The notes: a model not told the origin generated them from the letters alone. Counted from the first letter of the stretch, positions 27,643 to 37,303 are shown. The stretch: DNA of 64,000 nucleotides from Candidatus Dormiibacterota bacterium (GCA_035531555.1 DATKSR010000046.1:6702-70701); one strand, 5' to 3'. A program made the numbers and translations.

Positions 27643-28596
27643 TTAGCCGGTCCAGATCCCCACGGCAAGGAGAGCGGAGCAGGCCGCGAAGAGAGCCACC
27701 GTCTGACGAACGGCGCGCTGGCGGAGGGCGGGCTCAGGTGACCTGGAGTTGCGCAGCGGGCCCTCGGCGAGGGGGGCGAGCAACCAGGGCAAGAAGCACT
27801 CCGCACCGTCGAGACCGGGGATCGTGATGAGCAGGGGCACCGCCAGGGCCAGGCTGAGTAGCCCCTGAAACAGAGTGCGGGTTCCCTTCCCGGTGAGACC
27901 GGCCACCGCACCCTGAGCGCTGTCCAGACCTGCGGTAGGGCGATCGCGCAGCTTGGCCAGCACCAACAGAGTGGTGGCCAAGCTCGCGGGCAGGAGGGCG
28001 GCCACCAGCCCCAGCCAGGGGAGGCGACCCAGCTCCACCCAAACCGTCCCGAAGCCAGCCAACAGCTCCGCCGCCGCGACCAAGGCTAGCTGCTCCCGGC
28101 CGATGGCTACGGTGCGGTCCACGAGGCGGCCCAGGAGGCCAGCGATGACTACGGCCACGCCTCCCACCGCCAGCAGCCACCAGTCGGTCGTGGCGGCCAG
28201 CCAGATGGCGAGCACCAAGGCGCCGGCAAGCCAGGCGACCGTGGGCCCGGGCAGCTGCCGAACTGAACCCAGGCCGGCCACCCGGTTCCCGGTCACCGGC
28301 TCCGCGTGAGCAGTGCGAATTAGTCCGAGAAGGCCGAATCCGAGTGAGACGGCGACCCCCAGGGCCGCCAGACTGTTACCGGTGGGGACCGGGCCGAAAT
28401 GGGCGGCGACACCCGTTTCCACCACAACCGGGGCGACCGAGCTCACTAGGAGGGCGGTGTACGGCGGCCAGTGCGGGCTGTCCCACCAGGAGCCCCGCTC
28501 GCGCTCTGCCCTCATCCAGAAATAGAGGGTAGTGGGCTGCAACTGGCGTAGTCGGTCCCTTTGCTCAACCGCCGACAAAGCTGGGCGGCCCGGCAT
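27643..28596 (-). CDS. Polytopic membrane protein, unknown function
   Basis: 317 aa, about 8 hydrophobic segments. No catalytic motif recognised. 32-nt overlap with the upstream lipoprotein gene. Confidence 0.5.
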   Translation of the reverse strand: MPGRPALSAVEQRDRLRQLQPTTLYFWMRAERERGSWWDSPHWPPYTALLVSSVAPVVVETGVAAHFGPVPTGNSLAALGVAVSLGFGLLGLIRTAHAEPVTGNRVAGLGSVRQLPGPTVAWLAGALVLAIWLAATTDWWLLAVGGVAVVIAGLLGRLVDRTVAIGREQLALVAAAELLAGFGTVWVELGRLPWLGLVAALLPASLATTLLVLAKLRDRPTAGLDSAQGAVAGLTGKGTRTLFQGLLSLALAVPLLITIPGLDGAECFLPWLLAPLAEGPLRNSRSPEPALRQRAVRQTVALFAACSALLAVGIWTG

Positions 28597-30286
28597 CCAG
28601 AAGGAGCTTGCCGGAGAAGTTCGTCAGCGCCTCCACTCCGGTGCCATCGTCATTGGCGAGGTAGACCTGCACCTTCCCGGACACGCTGAGGGTGAATGCG
28701 ACCTGACGGCCGGTCGCGGTCGCGACGGCGGCCAGGGGGTAGTGGCCAGCCCGACTGCCGACGATTACGGTGGACGTCCCGGTCGTAGTCGAGACGGTGG
28801 CCAGGGCACCGTCGGGTTCCCTAACTAAGATCGTGTCTAGATCGAGAAAGGCCAGGGGCTGGCCAGCGGCGGCGGCGACCTGGCTCAGTGGCGATCCGGT
28901 GTCCAGCGGTCGGTAGATCCAGACGGCCGGGTCGGGGCCGTTCCCGACCGAGAAGGCCAGGCTGCTGCTGCTGGGACTCCATACCGGGTCATCCTCCGCT
29001 GCCACGGCGGCCGTTGAGGTTGGTAGGAAGGTGATCGCCTTGAGTCCCGGACTGAGCAGCGCCACCCGAGTGGGGTCACCGGTCGGGGCCGCCACAGCGG
29101 CCACCACCTGGCCGTCTCCCCGCCAAGCCAGCGGACCGTGCATGCTGGGCGAGGTGGCGAGGGTGACGGAGGTGGCGTTGGAGACGGTGTATACCCGAAG
29201 CGCCCCGCCCACCACGAATGCGAGTTGCTGCCCGTTCGGACTCCAGGCGGCTCCGTCACTCCCGGTGCTGCCCAGCACGGAGGTGCTCTTGCCGGTGCTC
29301 AGGTCGATCACCTGGATCGGCTGGCCCCCGGCCGACTCCACCGCGAGGCGCGCACCGTCGGGCGATGGCCACGTGTACAGGAAGTGCTGCCCGGCAGGCG
29401 CGGTGGCGAGCACTCGCAATGCCGGCGGGTCGCCCGAGAGCTGGCGTGGGGAGGCGGCCAGCACCTCCGTGTAGTCGCTGGCTGAGGGTCCGGCCGGGAA
29501 GACCACGGTGGTGGAGCTGCCCAGATGACCGATGGTGAAGTGGAGGTGGGCGGACTTCTGCAGCCGGTCGCCGTCCACGTCGAGCGCCGACCGGGCAATC
29601 GACAGGGTGTAGGTGGCACCGGGGACCAGCGGCAGATTCGGCTCCACTAGGAAGCGCCCGGGAACGGTTGAACTCTGGGCCAGCTGGTATCCGCCAGTAA
29701 TGGCCGGGGAGAGAGTGACCGCCTTCCTGACCGCCGCCGGGTTCATGTCGCGGCTGAAGTTGATCGAGATCGCCTGATCCGGGCCCACCGTGCCACCGTT
29801 GGATGGCGAGGTGGACGAGACCTGAGGCCCACCCTCGGTGGAGAACTCCCACGAGTGCGAGAGAGGGTTGACGGCACCGTTGGCCGCCTCGATCCCTCCC
29901 ACCAGGGTCGCCCGGTAAGTGGTGATGACAGCCCAGGGATGATGCGGGTGAACCAGGGCCATCACTCTCGGGGTCCGCCAGACGAATTGACATCCGGACT
30001 TGCGCTCGGCGGCGGCGCTGGCGATCGAGCAGCCAGGGGGGAAATGGTCCTTCCGAGTCCGCAGGTACAGTCGCCGCTCGACCGAGAGCTCGTTCATCGG
30101 GATGTTGAAGGTGATCACCAGCGGGTCGATCGTGTGCACCGCGCCTTGACTGGGGGCCGGCGACACGTCCGTGATCTGGGGCGGGGAGAGCGGCCCGCAA
30201 CCGGTCATGAGTGAGCCAGTCAGCAGGGCGAGAGCTGCCCCGGCAATGAGGAGGAGCCGCCCGGGACCGCTCGCGCCCGGCAGCAT
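28565..30286 (-). CDS. Secreted lipoprotein with Ig-like (SbsA/Big_5-type) domains and TolB/PD40-like beta-propeller repeats
   Basis: Signal peptide with LMTGC lipobox. Repeated AWSPNGQQLAF, VWSPSSSSLAF and WPSPDGARLAV blades. Confidence 0.65.
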   Translation of the reverse strand: MLPGASGPGRLLLIAGAALALLTGSLMTGCGPLSPPQITDVSPAPSQGAVHTIDPLVITFNIPMNELSVERRLYLRTRKDHFPPGCSIASAAAERKSGCQFVWRTPRVMALVHPHHPWAVITTYRATLVGGIEAANGAVNPLSHSWEFSTEGGPQVSSTSPSNGGTVGPDQAISINFSRDMNPAAVRKAVTLSPAITGGYQLAQSSTVPGRFLVEPNLPLVPGATYTLSIARSALDVDGDRLQKSAHLHFTIGHLGSSTTVVFPAGPSASDYTEVLAASPRQLSGDPPALRVLATAPAGQHFLYTWPSPDGARLAVESAGGQPIQVIDLSTGKSTSVLGSTGSDGAAWSPNGQQLAFVVGGALRVYTVSNATSVTLATSPSMHGPLAWRGDGQVVAAVAAPTGDPTRVALLSPGLKAITFLPTSTAAVAAEDDPVWSPSSSSLAFSVGNGPDPAVWIYRPLDTGSPLSQVAAAAGQPLAFLDLDTILVREPDGALATVSTTTGTSTVIVGSRAGHYPLAAVATATGRQVAFTLSVSGKVQVYLANDDGTGVEALTNFSGKLLLDAGPPSFVGG

Positions 30287-30297
30287 TCTCCGAAGGG

Positions 30298-31680
30298 TCA
30301 GGCGATCTCCGCGAGCTCGATCACCGGGAGTGGTCCCGGGGGAGCGGCGACGACGTCGATCCTGGCCTCTGGCTCACTGCAGGCGGCCGAGGCCACACCG
30401 GGTCCCTCGGTCAGATCCCGGTTGATCGAACTGTAACTTCCCTTGTCCCGGCCCTCGGTCAAAAGCACCACCGACACCTGGTCTTGGCCAGAGGTGACCA
30501 GGATCCCCCCGGTGACTGGTTGCTCCTCGACGAACTCGACCAGGGCGTCGAAGTCGACGATGCGCGACGGGAGTTGGAGGAGCAGGGTGTTGGCGACCAC
30601 CAGGCCGCTCACCGACTCGACCAGCACGGGCGGCAACTCGATGGCGTCGATCAGCCCCTCCCCGGCACCCACGCCGCGAACAATCTCCTGGAGCGCGGTC
30701 TTGTGACGGCGGTAGGAACCGGCCGACCGCTGCTGGGCCTGGACGATCGCCCCTTCCCGGAAGAGGATGTGGCCGACGTTGCGGGAGTCCTTCTCCCCGG
30801 TGATGCTCACGTAGCCCGAGAAGCCGTCCTGGGAGAGGGTCCGGAGCAGCATCGGGAAGTTCAAGAAGCTGGCCTTGAGGCCGCTGTGCAGCGACGGACC
30901 GGTGGGCATTGGGATCACCAGCGAGAGCTGGGTCCTGGTCGCTCCCGCGACCGGCTTGGTGGCTGGGACCTGGCTCGGGGGTGCACCGGCGCTGCTCGGC
31001 GACGGACTCGCTGGACGGGTGGAGGCGGCACGCGCCCTCTCGGCAGATGCCGGGGCCTTGTCCGCAGCCTGGCGGCTGGTCGGCCAGCTAGTTGGCGCCG
31101 GCGTCGACCGGGGAGGCGGAACGGGAGTCGAAGCCGCCGCCGAGGGGCGGGGTGCGGTGAACGCCCGCTCGAGCGAGGGAACAGTTGGCGCGGGAGTCTG
31201 GAACGTCGGGATGTCGGCAGGCTCGTCCACCGCGGCCGCGATCTCGCCGGAGGCGACCGTGTCCAGCCAGTCCTCGTCGTCGGAATCCAGGCGATCCCCG
31301 GCATCCCCGTTCGAGGCTGGCGTCGCGGCTGCCGCCACCGTGACGGTCACCTCAGCTGCCGAGATCGAGTCGTGGCTATCCCGCCCGTTGCGCCAAATGG
31401 CGAGCAGGTCCTCGGTGGAGCTGTTGATGGTCTCCTCTGGAGGCAGCTTGGCCCGCGGATTGAAGCTGTATTCGCCATCCCCCCAGGTGAGGGCATCCAA
31501 GACTGCCGGTTCGCCCTCGGCCTCACCGCCCACCGCGTGAAAGAGGTGACCAAACAGGAAATGGAGCGAGCACTGGCTGCCATTGCTGGCGAGCGACAGC
31601 GTGCCGGTCGCCCGTTCCTGCTGCATGGTCTGGAGCAACTCGGCGACGGTGGTTGGCCCGAGGCTTCCCTGATTTTGCAT
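30298..31680 (-). CDS. DUF4388 (PATAN-like) domain protein with Pro/Ala/Ser-rich linker
   Basis: ORF 30298..31761, start moved to ATG 31680. N-terminal TGTLSL...LHFLFGHLFHA...ALTWGDGEYSF pattern. About 180 aa of low complexity, then two similar C-terminal modules. Confidence 0.6.
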   Translation of the reverse strand: MQNQGSLGPTTVAELLQTMQQERATGTLSLASNGSQCSLHFLFGHLFHAVGGEAEGEPAVLDALTWGDGEYSFNPRAKLPPEETINSSTEDLLAIWRNGRDSHDSISAAEVTVTVAAAATPASNGDAGDRLDSDDEDWLDTVASGEIAAAVDEPADIPTFQTPAPTVPSLERAFTAPRPSAAASTPVPPPRSTPAPTSWPTSRQAADKAPASAERARAASTRPASPSPSSAGAPPSQVPATKPVAGATRTQLSLVIPMPTGPSLHSGLKASFLNFPMLLRTLSQDGFSGYVSITGEKDSRNVGHILFREGAIVQAQQRSAGSYRRHKTALQEIVRGVGAGEGLIDAIELPPVLVESVSGLVVANTLLLQLPSRIVDFDALVEFVEEQPVTGGILVTSGQDQVSVVLLTEGRDKGSYSSINRDLTEGPGVASAACSEPEARIDVVAAPPGPLPVIELAEIA

Positions 31681-31829
31681 TCTGCCGAGTAGCTCCAATA
31701 GGGCAACCCGAAGTGAATTCGGATCCGCCCTCCCCACTTGCGGTCGGCGCGATACTAGCACAGGCCAGCTTCAGGATTGGCGGAGACGGGGCTGGTTCTC
31801 CGTCACTCGTCTGCCAGAATGCCCCGGTG

Positions 31830-32834
31830 ATGGTGCCGTCAGAGTCGGCGGCGGAGGAGTGGGACGCCCGCCTGCTCGAGTGGCCAGCGGCCAACTTGCT
31901 CCAGTCCTACGCCTGGGGTGAAGTGCAGAGCCGGGCGGGTTGGACAACTGAGCGCCTAGAGGTCTCCACAGGGTCCGGGCCTCTCCCGGTGTCCGCCCTG
32001 GTCACCGGGGCCGGGGTGCCGGGATTCTCTCGAATCTACCTGCCCAGAGGGCCGGGTTGTGCTGCTTCAGACTTGGCCGCCTTTGAGATGGTGACCAGTG
32101 CCCTGGTGGATCTTGGCCGAAAGCGGCGGGCCCTGGCACTGGAAGTGGAGGTGGCCTGGACGGATGACCAAGTTCCAAAGACGCACCCCTGGCGGAGTTG
32201 GAGGCCGGCCCGAGCGCGCCAGCCGATAGCGACGGTCGTGGTCGACCTACAGCCCGAGCCGGAGGCGATCCTCGCCAGCTTCCATTCCAAGGCCCGCTAT
32301 AACGTGAGACTGGCGGAGAGACGGGATGTGGTGATCAATGAGGAAGCGACGGTCGCTGACTTGTCCGCCTGCATCGAGGCCACCGAGGAGCGACAGCGGA
32401 TCCACCTGCCCAGCCTCCCGCATCTGAGCGTGATGATGCAGCAGCTCGGCAGCAGCGCCCGGATCCTCGCCGCCCAGGTGGAGGGCGAGGTGGTGGCGGC
32501 GATCCTGGTCGCCTCCTTCGGCGGGGAGGCCATCTACCTATATGGAGGGTCCAGCGGGCGGCATCGGGATCGGATGCCCAACCACCTGCTCCAGTGGCGG
32601 GCGATGCTTCGAGCCCGCGCCGAGGGATGTCATCACTACGATCTGTGGGGTGTTCCTGAGAACCAGGATCCCCACCACCCCTGGCGGGGGCTGGCCCAGT
32701 TCAAGCTCGGCTTCGGCGGCGCGCAGGTCCGATATGCGGGATCTCGATTCCTGCAGCTTCGGCCCGCTGGCGCCACCATCCTGGCAGTCGCGGACGGGGC
32801 CCGCCGCAAGGTGCGGACGCGAGGGAGGAGATGA
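31830..32834 (+). CDS. FemAB-family transferase, second paralogue
   Basis: C-terminal part of ORF 31653..32834. WDARLLEWPAANLLQSYAWGEVQ, YLYGGSS, LQWRAMLRARAEGCHHYDLWGV. Start at GTG 31827 or ATG 31830. Confidence 0.7.
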   Translation: MVPSESAAEEWDARLLEWPAANLLQSYAWGEVQSRAGWTTERLEVSTGSGPLPVSALVTGAGVPGFSRIYLPRGPGCAASDLAAFEMVTSALVDLGRKRRALALEVEVAWTDDQVPKTHPWRSWRPARARQPIATVVVDLQPEPEAILASFHSKARYNVRLAERRDVVINEEATVADLSACIEATEERQRIHLPSLPHLSVMMQQLGSSARILAAQVEGEVVAAILVASFGGEAIYLYGGSSGRHRDRMPNHLLQWRAMLRARAEGCHHYDLWGVPENQDPHHPWRGLAQFKLGFGGAQVRYAGSRFLQLRPAGATILAVADGARRKVRTRGRR

Positions 32835-33472
32835 AGAGAGACGGCGCTGAAGATGCCCGCGACACCGGCGAGAGCTACTTCCCCACCTACGAGGAACTCG
32901 CCGCCGAGCTGCTGGACGGTCTGGAGCGGGCCACCCTGGTCGTCCACGACGTCGGCCACGAACTGGAGCCGAGCAGCGGCGAGCGCACCTTTCATGCCTC
33001 GGTGAGGCTCCCGGCCAGCGAGCCGCCGCACCGGTATGCGGCCACCCTGCACTTCCATTGGGACGCCCTCCTCACCTATGTGGGCACCTATGGGCCAGGC
33101 GCCGACTGCGAGCTGTACCACGACGATGAGGAGATCTGCACCCACCGTCACAACGCGCCGCGTCCCTTCGTCGAGTTGGTGGCCGAGTTCGACCTCGGCG
33201 ACGGCGGCTACGAGCTTCATGAACTGAGCGAGGTCCACGGCTGGCTCGGCACGGTCGACGGACTGCTCTCCAGAGCGGTCCCCGACCAGGAGGGCCGGAC
33301 GGTGAGGATCGGGCTGGCGGTTCGAGACGGCGGGATCTGGGTCGAGCGTTTCCACGCCGAGCAGGCCTGGTACCTGGACCTGAGCGACCCTCCCGACCTC
33401 AACCCCGTCTGCAAGGTCATCGCCAGCACTCTCAAGGCCACCCCGGCTTTGGCGGACCGACTCCCGCTCTAG
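32831..33472 (+). CDS. Hypothetical acidic protein
   Basis: 213 aa, protein-like composition. ATGA overlap with the FemAB gene. Preferred over antisense ORF 32636..33355. Confidence 0.5.
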   Translation: MKRDGAEDARDTGESYFPTYEELAAELLDGLERATLVVHDVGHELEPSSGERTFHASVRLPASEPPHRYAATLHFHWDALLTYVGTYGPGADCELYHDDEEICTHRHNAPRPFVELVAEFDLGDGGYELHELSEVHGWLGTVDGLLSRAVPDQEGRTVRIGLAVRDGGIWVERFHAEQAWYLDLSDPPDLNPVCKVIASTLKATPALADRLPL

Positions 33473-33987
33473 CTGGAGCCCGAGGGGGTAGACGAGCCAA
33501 TAGCCCAGCTGCCGGTCAAATCCCGCCGAGCCAGCTCAGCGATCGAGAGCCCCTCCGTGGGGTGGACCCAGTCCGGGACCAACTGGGCAGCTCCCCGGAG
33601 CAGGTACGGTCGCTGCAGAAGGCCGGGATGAGGCACTGTCAGCCCGGGGGATGTCAAGCTCTCGCCCTCGATCAGGATGATGTCAACATCGAGGGTCCGA
33701 GGCCCCTTGGAGACCCCTCGCCGCCGACCGGCCCGGACCTCTGCTGCTTGGGCCAGCTTCAGCCAGCCCAGCCCGCGCAGGGTCCCCCGAGCCAGCACCA
33801 GCTGGTTCAGGTAGTCGGGCTGGGGAATCGCCCCGATCGGTGCGGTGTTCCACCGCGGGGTGCTGGCGAGCACCTGGATGCCCTTCTCCCCCAGGAGGTC
33901 TAGGGCCAAGTCCAGCCACTGCGCCCTTGGCTGCAGGTTGCTGCCCAGCGCCAGGACCGCCTGGGAGCTGTCGTCGGAGGAGCTCAC
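33469..33987 (-). CDS. folK: 2-amino-4-hydroxy-6-hydroxymethyldihydropteridine diphosphokinase
   Basis: LALGSNL, RTLDVDIILIEG, LTVPHPGLLQRPYLL. Confidence 0.85.
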   Translation of the reverse strand: MSSSDDSSQAVLALGSNLQPRAQWLDLALDLLGEKGIQVLASTPRWNTAPIGAIPQPDYLNQLVLARGTLRGLGWLKLAQAAEVRAGRRRGVSKGPRTLDVDIILIEGESLTSPGLTVPHPGLLQRPYLLRGAAQLVPDWVHPTEGLSIAELARRDLTGSWAIGSSTPSGSS

Positions 33988-33993
33988 CTCAAC

Positions 33994-35124
33994 TCAGGAG
34001 GGCGGTCGGCGGGCCAGCACGTCCATGACCCGGGCGACGTCGCGGATCTCGGCCACGTCGTGCACCCGCACGATGTCGGCCCCGCAGGCGATCGACCAGG
34101 CAACGGTGGCGGCGGTGCCCAGGAGGCGACCGTCGACCGGACGCTGATCCAGCACCCATCCGATCAGCGACTTGCGGGAGGTGCCGACCAGGATGGCGCA
34201 CCCCAGCGCCCGCAGCTCCACCAGGTGCCGCAGCACCTCGTAGTTCTGGGCGGGGATCTTACCGAAGCCGATTCCCGGGTCCAGCACGACCTGGTCCCGG
34301 CGGATTCCCGCCTGCTGCGCGAGCAGGAGCGAATCGCGCAGCTGGCTCAGCACATCGCCGAGCAGATCCCGGTACTCGGTGCCAGCCTGGTTGTGCATGC
34401 AGATCAGCGGCGCCCGGGCCGCCGCTACCGCCTCGGCCATCTCGGGGTCCATTCGCAGTCCCCAGATGTCATTGACCCCATCGGCTCCCGCGGCGAGCGC
34501 GGCCCGGGCCACTTCAGCTTTGCTGGTGTCCACGAATATGGGCACCGAGAGTGTGTTGGCGATCAAGCTCACTGCGGGAACCACCCGGCTGATCTCCTCC
34601 GGGGTAGAGATCTGCTGGTGCCCCGGGCGAGTACTCTCGCCGCCGACGTCGATGGCGTCGGCTCCCTCTTCGACCAGGCGCTGGGCCCGCGCTAGGGCCG
34701 CCTCTGGGCTGTTGCCCACCCCGTCCCCACTGAAGGAGTCCGGCGTGACGTTGACTACTCCCAGCAGATAGGTGCGGGCCCCGAACTCCCAGACGTCGTC
34801 GCCCAGCCGCAGCGACGGGGCCGGGCGGCTCAGGTGCTCCAGCGCCTCGCGCACCGCCTGGGCGGGTGCCCAGCGCTGTAGCTCCCGGGGCAGGGTCCGA
34901 ACGCCCGCCAGTAGCTGGTCCAGCCGCCCTTCGATCAGGATCGACCCGTCCTCGGCGTGCTCCACCCGGTCCGGACCAATCTCGGCCAGAATGGCCGCCA
35001 GGTGGGCAGAGCTCGAGTCCGCCTCCACCCGCAGGCGGATCTCGCTGCCGCCCCCCAGAGTTGCGAGATTGGGGTACGGAGCGGCCAGCCGCACCATGGT
35101 GCCGGGCGCGGTGTCGACGGTCAT
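33994..35124 (-). CDS. folP: Dihydropteroate synthase with ~115-aa N-terminal extension
   Basis: GVVNVTPDSFSGDG, DVGGESTRPG, NDIWG, LDPGIGFGK, LVGTSRKS. Confidence 0.85.
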   Translation of the reverse strand: MTVDTAPGTMVRLAAPYPNLATLGGGSEIRLRVEADSSSAHLAAILAEIGPDRVEHAEDGSILIEGRLDQLLAGVRTLPRELQRWAPAQAVREALEHLSRPAPSLRLGDDVWEFGARTYLLGVVNVTPDSFSGDGVGNSPEAALARAQRLVEEGADAIDVGGESTRPGHQQISTPEEISRVVPAVSLIANTLSVPIFVDTSKAEVARAALAAGADGVNDIWGLRMDPEMAEAVAAARAPLICMHNQAGTEYRDLLGDVLSQLRDSLLLAQQAGIRRDQVVLDPGIGFGKIPAQNYEVLRHLVELRALGCAILVGTSRKSLIGWVLDQRPVDGRLLGTAATVAWSIACGADIVRVHDVAEIRDVARVMDVLARRPPS

Positions 35125-35186
35125 CCTCCCCAGTTTGCGGCAGATCCGCCCGCGACCGGCAAGCTCCCCCTAGAATCACCCTTGGA

Positions 35187-37235
35187 ATGGCAGTGGGCGT
35201 GCGGGGGCCCGGGCTGAACGTTGCCATCTTGGGCCACAGCCACGACGGTAAGACCACCCTGGCGGAGTCGTTGCTCTTCGCTGCCGGGGCCTCTCCCAGG
35301 CTGGGGTCAACCGACCAGGGAACAGCTCTCCTGGATTACGAGCCGGAGGAGCAGCGTCGGCACATCTCCGTCCAGTTGGGGATTGCCTGTCTCAGATGGA
35401 AGGACTCGGCCTTAGCACTGCTGGACACCCCGGGCTTCCAGGACTTCGAAGGTGAGGTGCTGGAGGCGCTGTCGGTGGCTGACGCAGCGGTCTTGGTGGT
35501 GGGGGCCAACTCGGGAGGCCACCTGCCGGTGGGAGCGGAGAGTACCTGGGATCTGCTGGCCGAGCGCCAGCTGCCCCGGCTGATCGTGTTCACCAAGCTG
35601 GACAAGGAGCACGCCGACTTCGAGGCGACCTACGCAGGACTCCAGCGCCGCCTCAGTCCCAAGCCGATTGCCCTCCAGATCCCGATCGGTTTGGAGCACT
35701 CGTTCACAGGAGCGGTGGATCTGCTGTCCGGGCGGGCGCTGCTGTTCGACCCGCAAGGCGGCTACACGGAGTCCGAGTGCCCGGACGGGCTAAGAGCCGA
35801 GGCAGCCCGTCGGCGCCGGGAACTGGTCGAGGCAGTGGCTGAGACCGACGACGATCTGCTGGAGCGTTACCTTGAAGGGCAGGAACCAAACCCGGAGCAG
35901 CTACTTCACGCCCTTCACGAGGCGACCGCCCAGGGCAAGCTGGCGCCTGTTCTGGTGGCCGCTCCGGCGCATGCGCTGGGGGCGAAGCCGGTGCTGGACG
36001 CGCTAGCCAGCTGCCTCGGTCAGGTGAGCCCGGCTCCGGATGACGGCGGACCGCCCACCCTGTTCTTCTTCAAGACGGTTGCTGACCCTTTCGGCAAGAT
36101 CTCCTACTTCCGGGTCTTGAGCGGGAGCCTCAAGGGCGACGCTCACCTCTTCAACTCCCGCACCGGAGCGGAGGAGCGGATCGCCCGGCCGATGCGTCCC
36201 AAGGGCAAGTCCCTCGAGCCGGTGGACCACTTATGCGCCGGCGAGATCGGAGCCGCCACCAAGCTCATTAACGTCGCGACCGGGGACACCCTGGGCCCCA
36301 AGGGCACGGCGGCCTCTCCCGTGCCGGAGTTCCCACCCACCTCCTACACGATGGCGATCCGGCCCAAGTCCAAGGGTGACGAAGAGAAGATCCACGCAGG
36401 ACTCAACCACATCCTGGAGGAGGATCCCACTCTGCGGATCGAGCGTGAACCGGGCACTCACGAGACCCTCCTGCACGGGCTGGGCGATGTCCACCTGGAA
36501 GTGACCCTCGAGAAGCTGCGGCGCAAGTACCAGGTCGAGGCGGTGCTGGCGGTTCCTCGCGTCCCGTACCAGGAGGCGGTGAGGGGCACCGCTCGGCAGC
36601 AGCACAAGTACAAGAAGCAGTCTGGCGGAGCCGGACTGTACGGGGACTGCACCCTCGAGATCGAACCGCTGCCGCGGGGATCCGGCTTCGTCTGGGAGGA
36701 CAAGATCTTTGGGGGAGCCATCCCCCAGCCGTTCCGGCTCTCCGTCGAGAAGGGAGTGCGGCAGACCCTGGAACAGGGAGCGCTGGCCGGCTATCCAATC
36801 GTGGACGTCAAGGTGCGGCTGGTGGACGGCTCCACCCATGCCGTCGACGGCAAAGACATTGCCTTCCAACTGGCCGGCTCTATGGCCATGCGGGAGGCGG
36901 TGCAGAAGGCCGGTGCCTATCTGCTGGAGCCGGTGATGCAGGTGGTGGTCACCGTCCCGGCGGACCACATGGGCGACGTCATCAGCCACCTGAACGCCCG
37001 CCGGGGCCGCATCGGAGGGATGAACCCGGTAGGCACCGAGCTGGAGCAGGTGACCGCCAAGGTGCCCCTGGCGGAGATGTACCAGTTTCCGATCGAGCTG
37101 CGGGCCACGACCCAGGGACGAGGCCGGTACACCATGACCTTCGACCACTACGAAGAGGTGCCACTTCAGGTGGCCGAGCCGATCATCGCGGCCCGCCAGC
37201 AGCAGCAGCACAGCCGGGAAGCCGCCACCGCCTGA
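35187..37235 (+). CDS. Elongation factor G paralogue (EF-G-like GTPase)
   Basis: C-terminal 682 aa of ORF 34866..37235. G1 AILGHSHDGKTT, G3 LLDTPGFQDF, TKLD. EF-G domains III-V pattern. Confidence 0.85.
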   Translation: MAVGVRGPGLNVAILGHSHDGKTTLAESLLFAAGASPRLGSTDQGTALLDYEPEEQRRHISVQLGIACLRWKDSALALLDTPGFQDFEGEVLEALSVADAAVLVVGANSGGHLPVGAESTWDLLAERQLPRLIVFTKLDKEHADFEATYAGLQRRLSPKPIALQIPIGLEHSFTGAVDLLSGRALLFDPQGGYTESECPDGLRAEAARRRRELVEAVAETDDDLLERYLEGQEPNPEQLLHALHEATAQGKLAPVLVAAPAHALGAKPVLDALASCLGQVSPAPDDGGPPTLFFFKTVADPFGKISYFRVLSGSLKGDAHLFNSRTGAEERIARPMRPKGKSLEPVDHLCAGEIGAATKLINVATGDTLGPKGTAASPVPEFPPTSYTMAIRPKSKGDEEKIHAGLNHILEEDPTLRIEREPGTHETLLHGLGDVHLEVTLEKLRRKYQVEAVLAVPRVPYQEAVRGTARQQHKYKKQSGGAGLYGDCTLEIEPLPRGSGFVWEDKIFGGAIPQPFRLSVEKGVRQTLEQGALAGYPIVDVKVRLVDGSTHAVDGKDIAFQLAGSMAMREAVQKAGAYLLEPVMQVVVTVPADHMGDVISHLNARRGRIGGMNPVGTELEQVTAKVPLAEMYQFPIELRATTQGRGRYTMTFDHYEEVPLQVAEPIIAARQQQQHSREAATA

Positions 37236-37260
37236 CCGGAGCGCCGGAGCGGTACTAAGC

Positions 37261-37303
37261 TATAATTGCACAAGCAACCACTTTCCCAGGACGGGACCCG
37301 TCC
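37261..37303 (+). promoter_or_regulatory. Candidate pirin promoter: perfect TATAAT (37261-37266) plus inverted repeat GGACGGGACCCGTCC (37289-37303)
   Basis: Read directly. Followed by AGGAGG (37308-37313) and ATG 37319. Confidence 0.35.

Noticed and set aside
32636-33355. 239-aa minus-strand ORF overlapping the FemAB 3' end and the acidic hypothetical.
   Set aside because: Composition looks antisense-like. The plus-strand ORF 32831-33472 is translationally coupled to the FemAB gene and has a more protein-like sequence.
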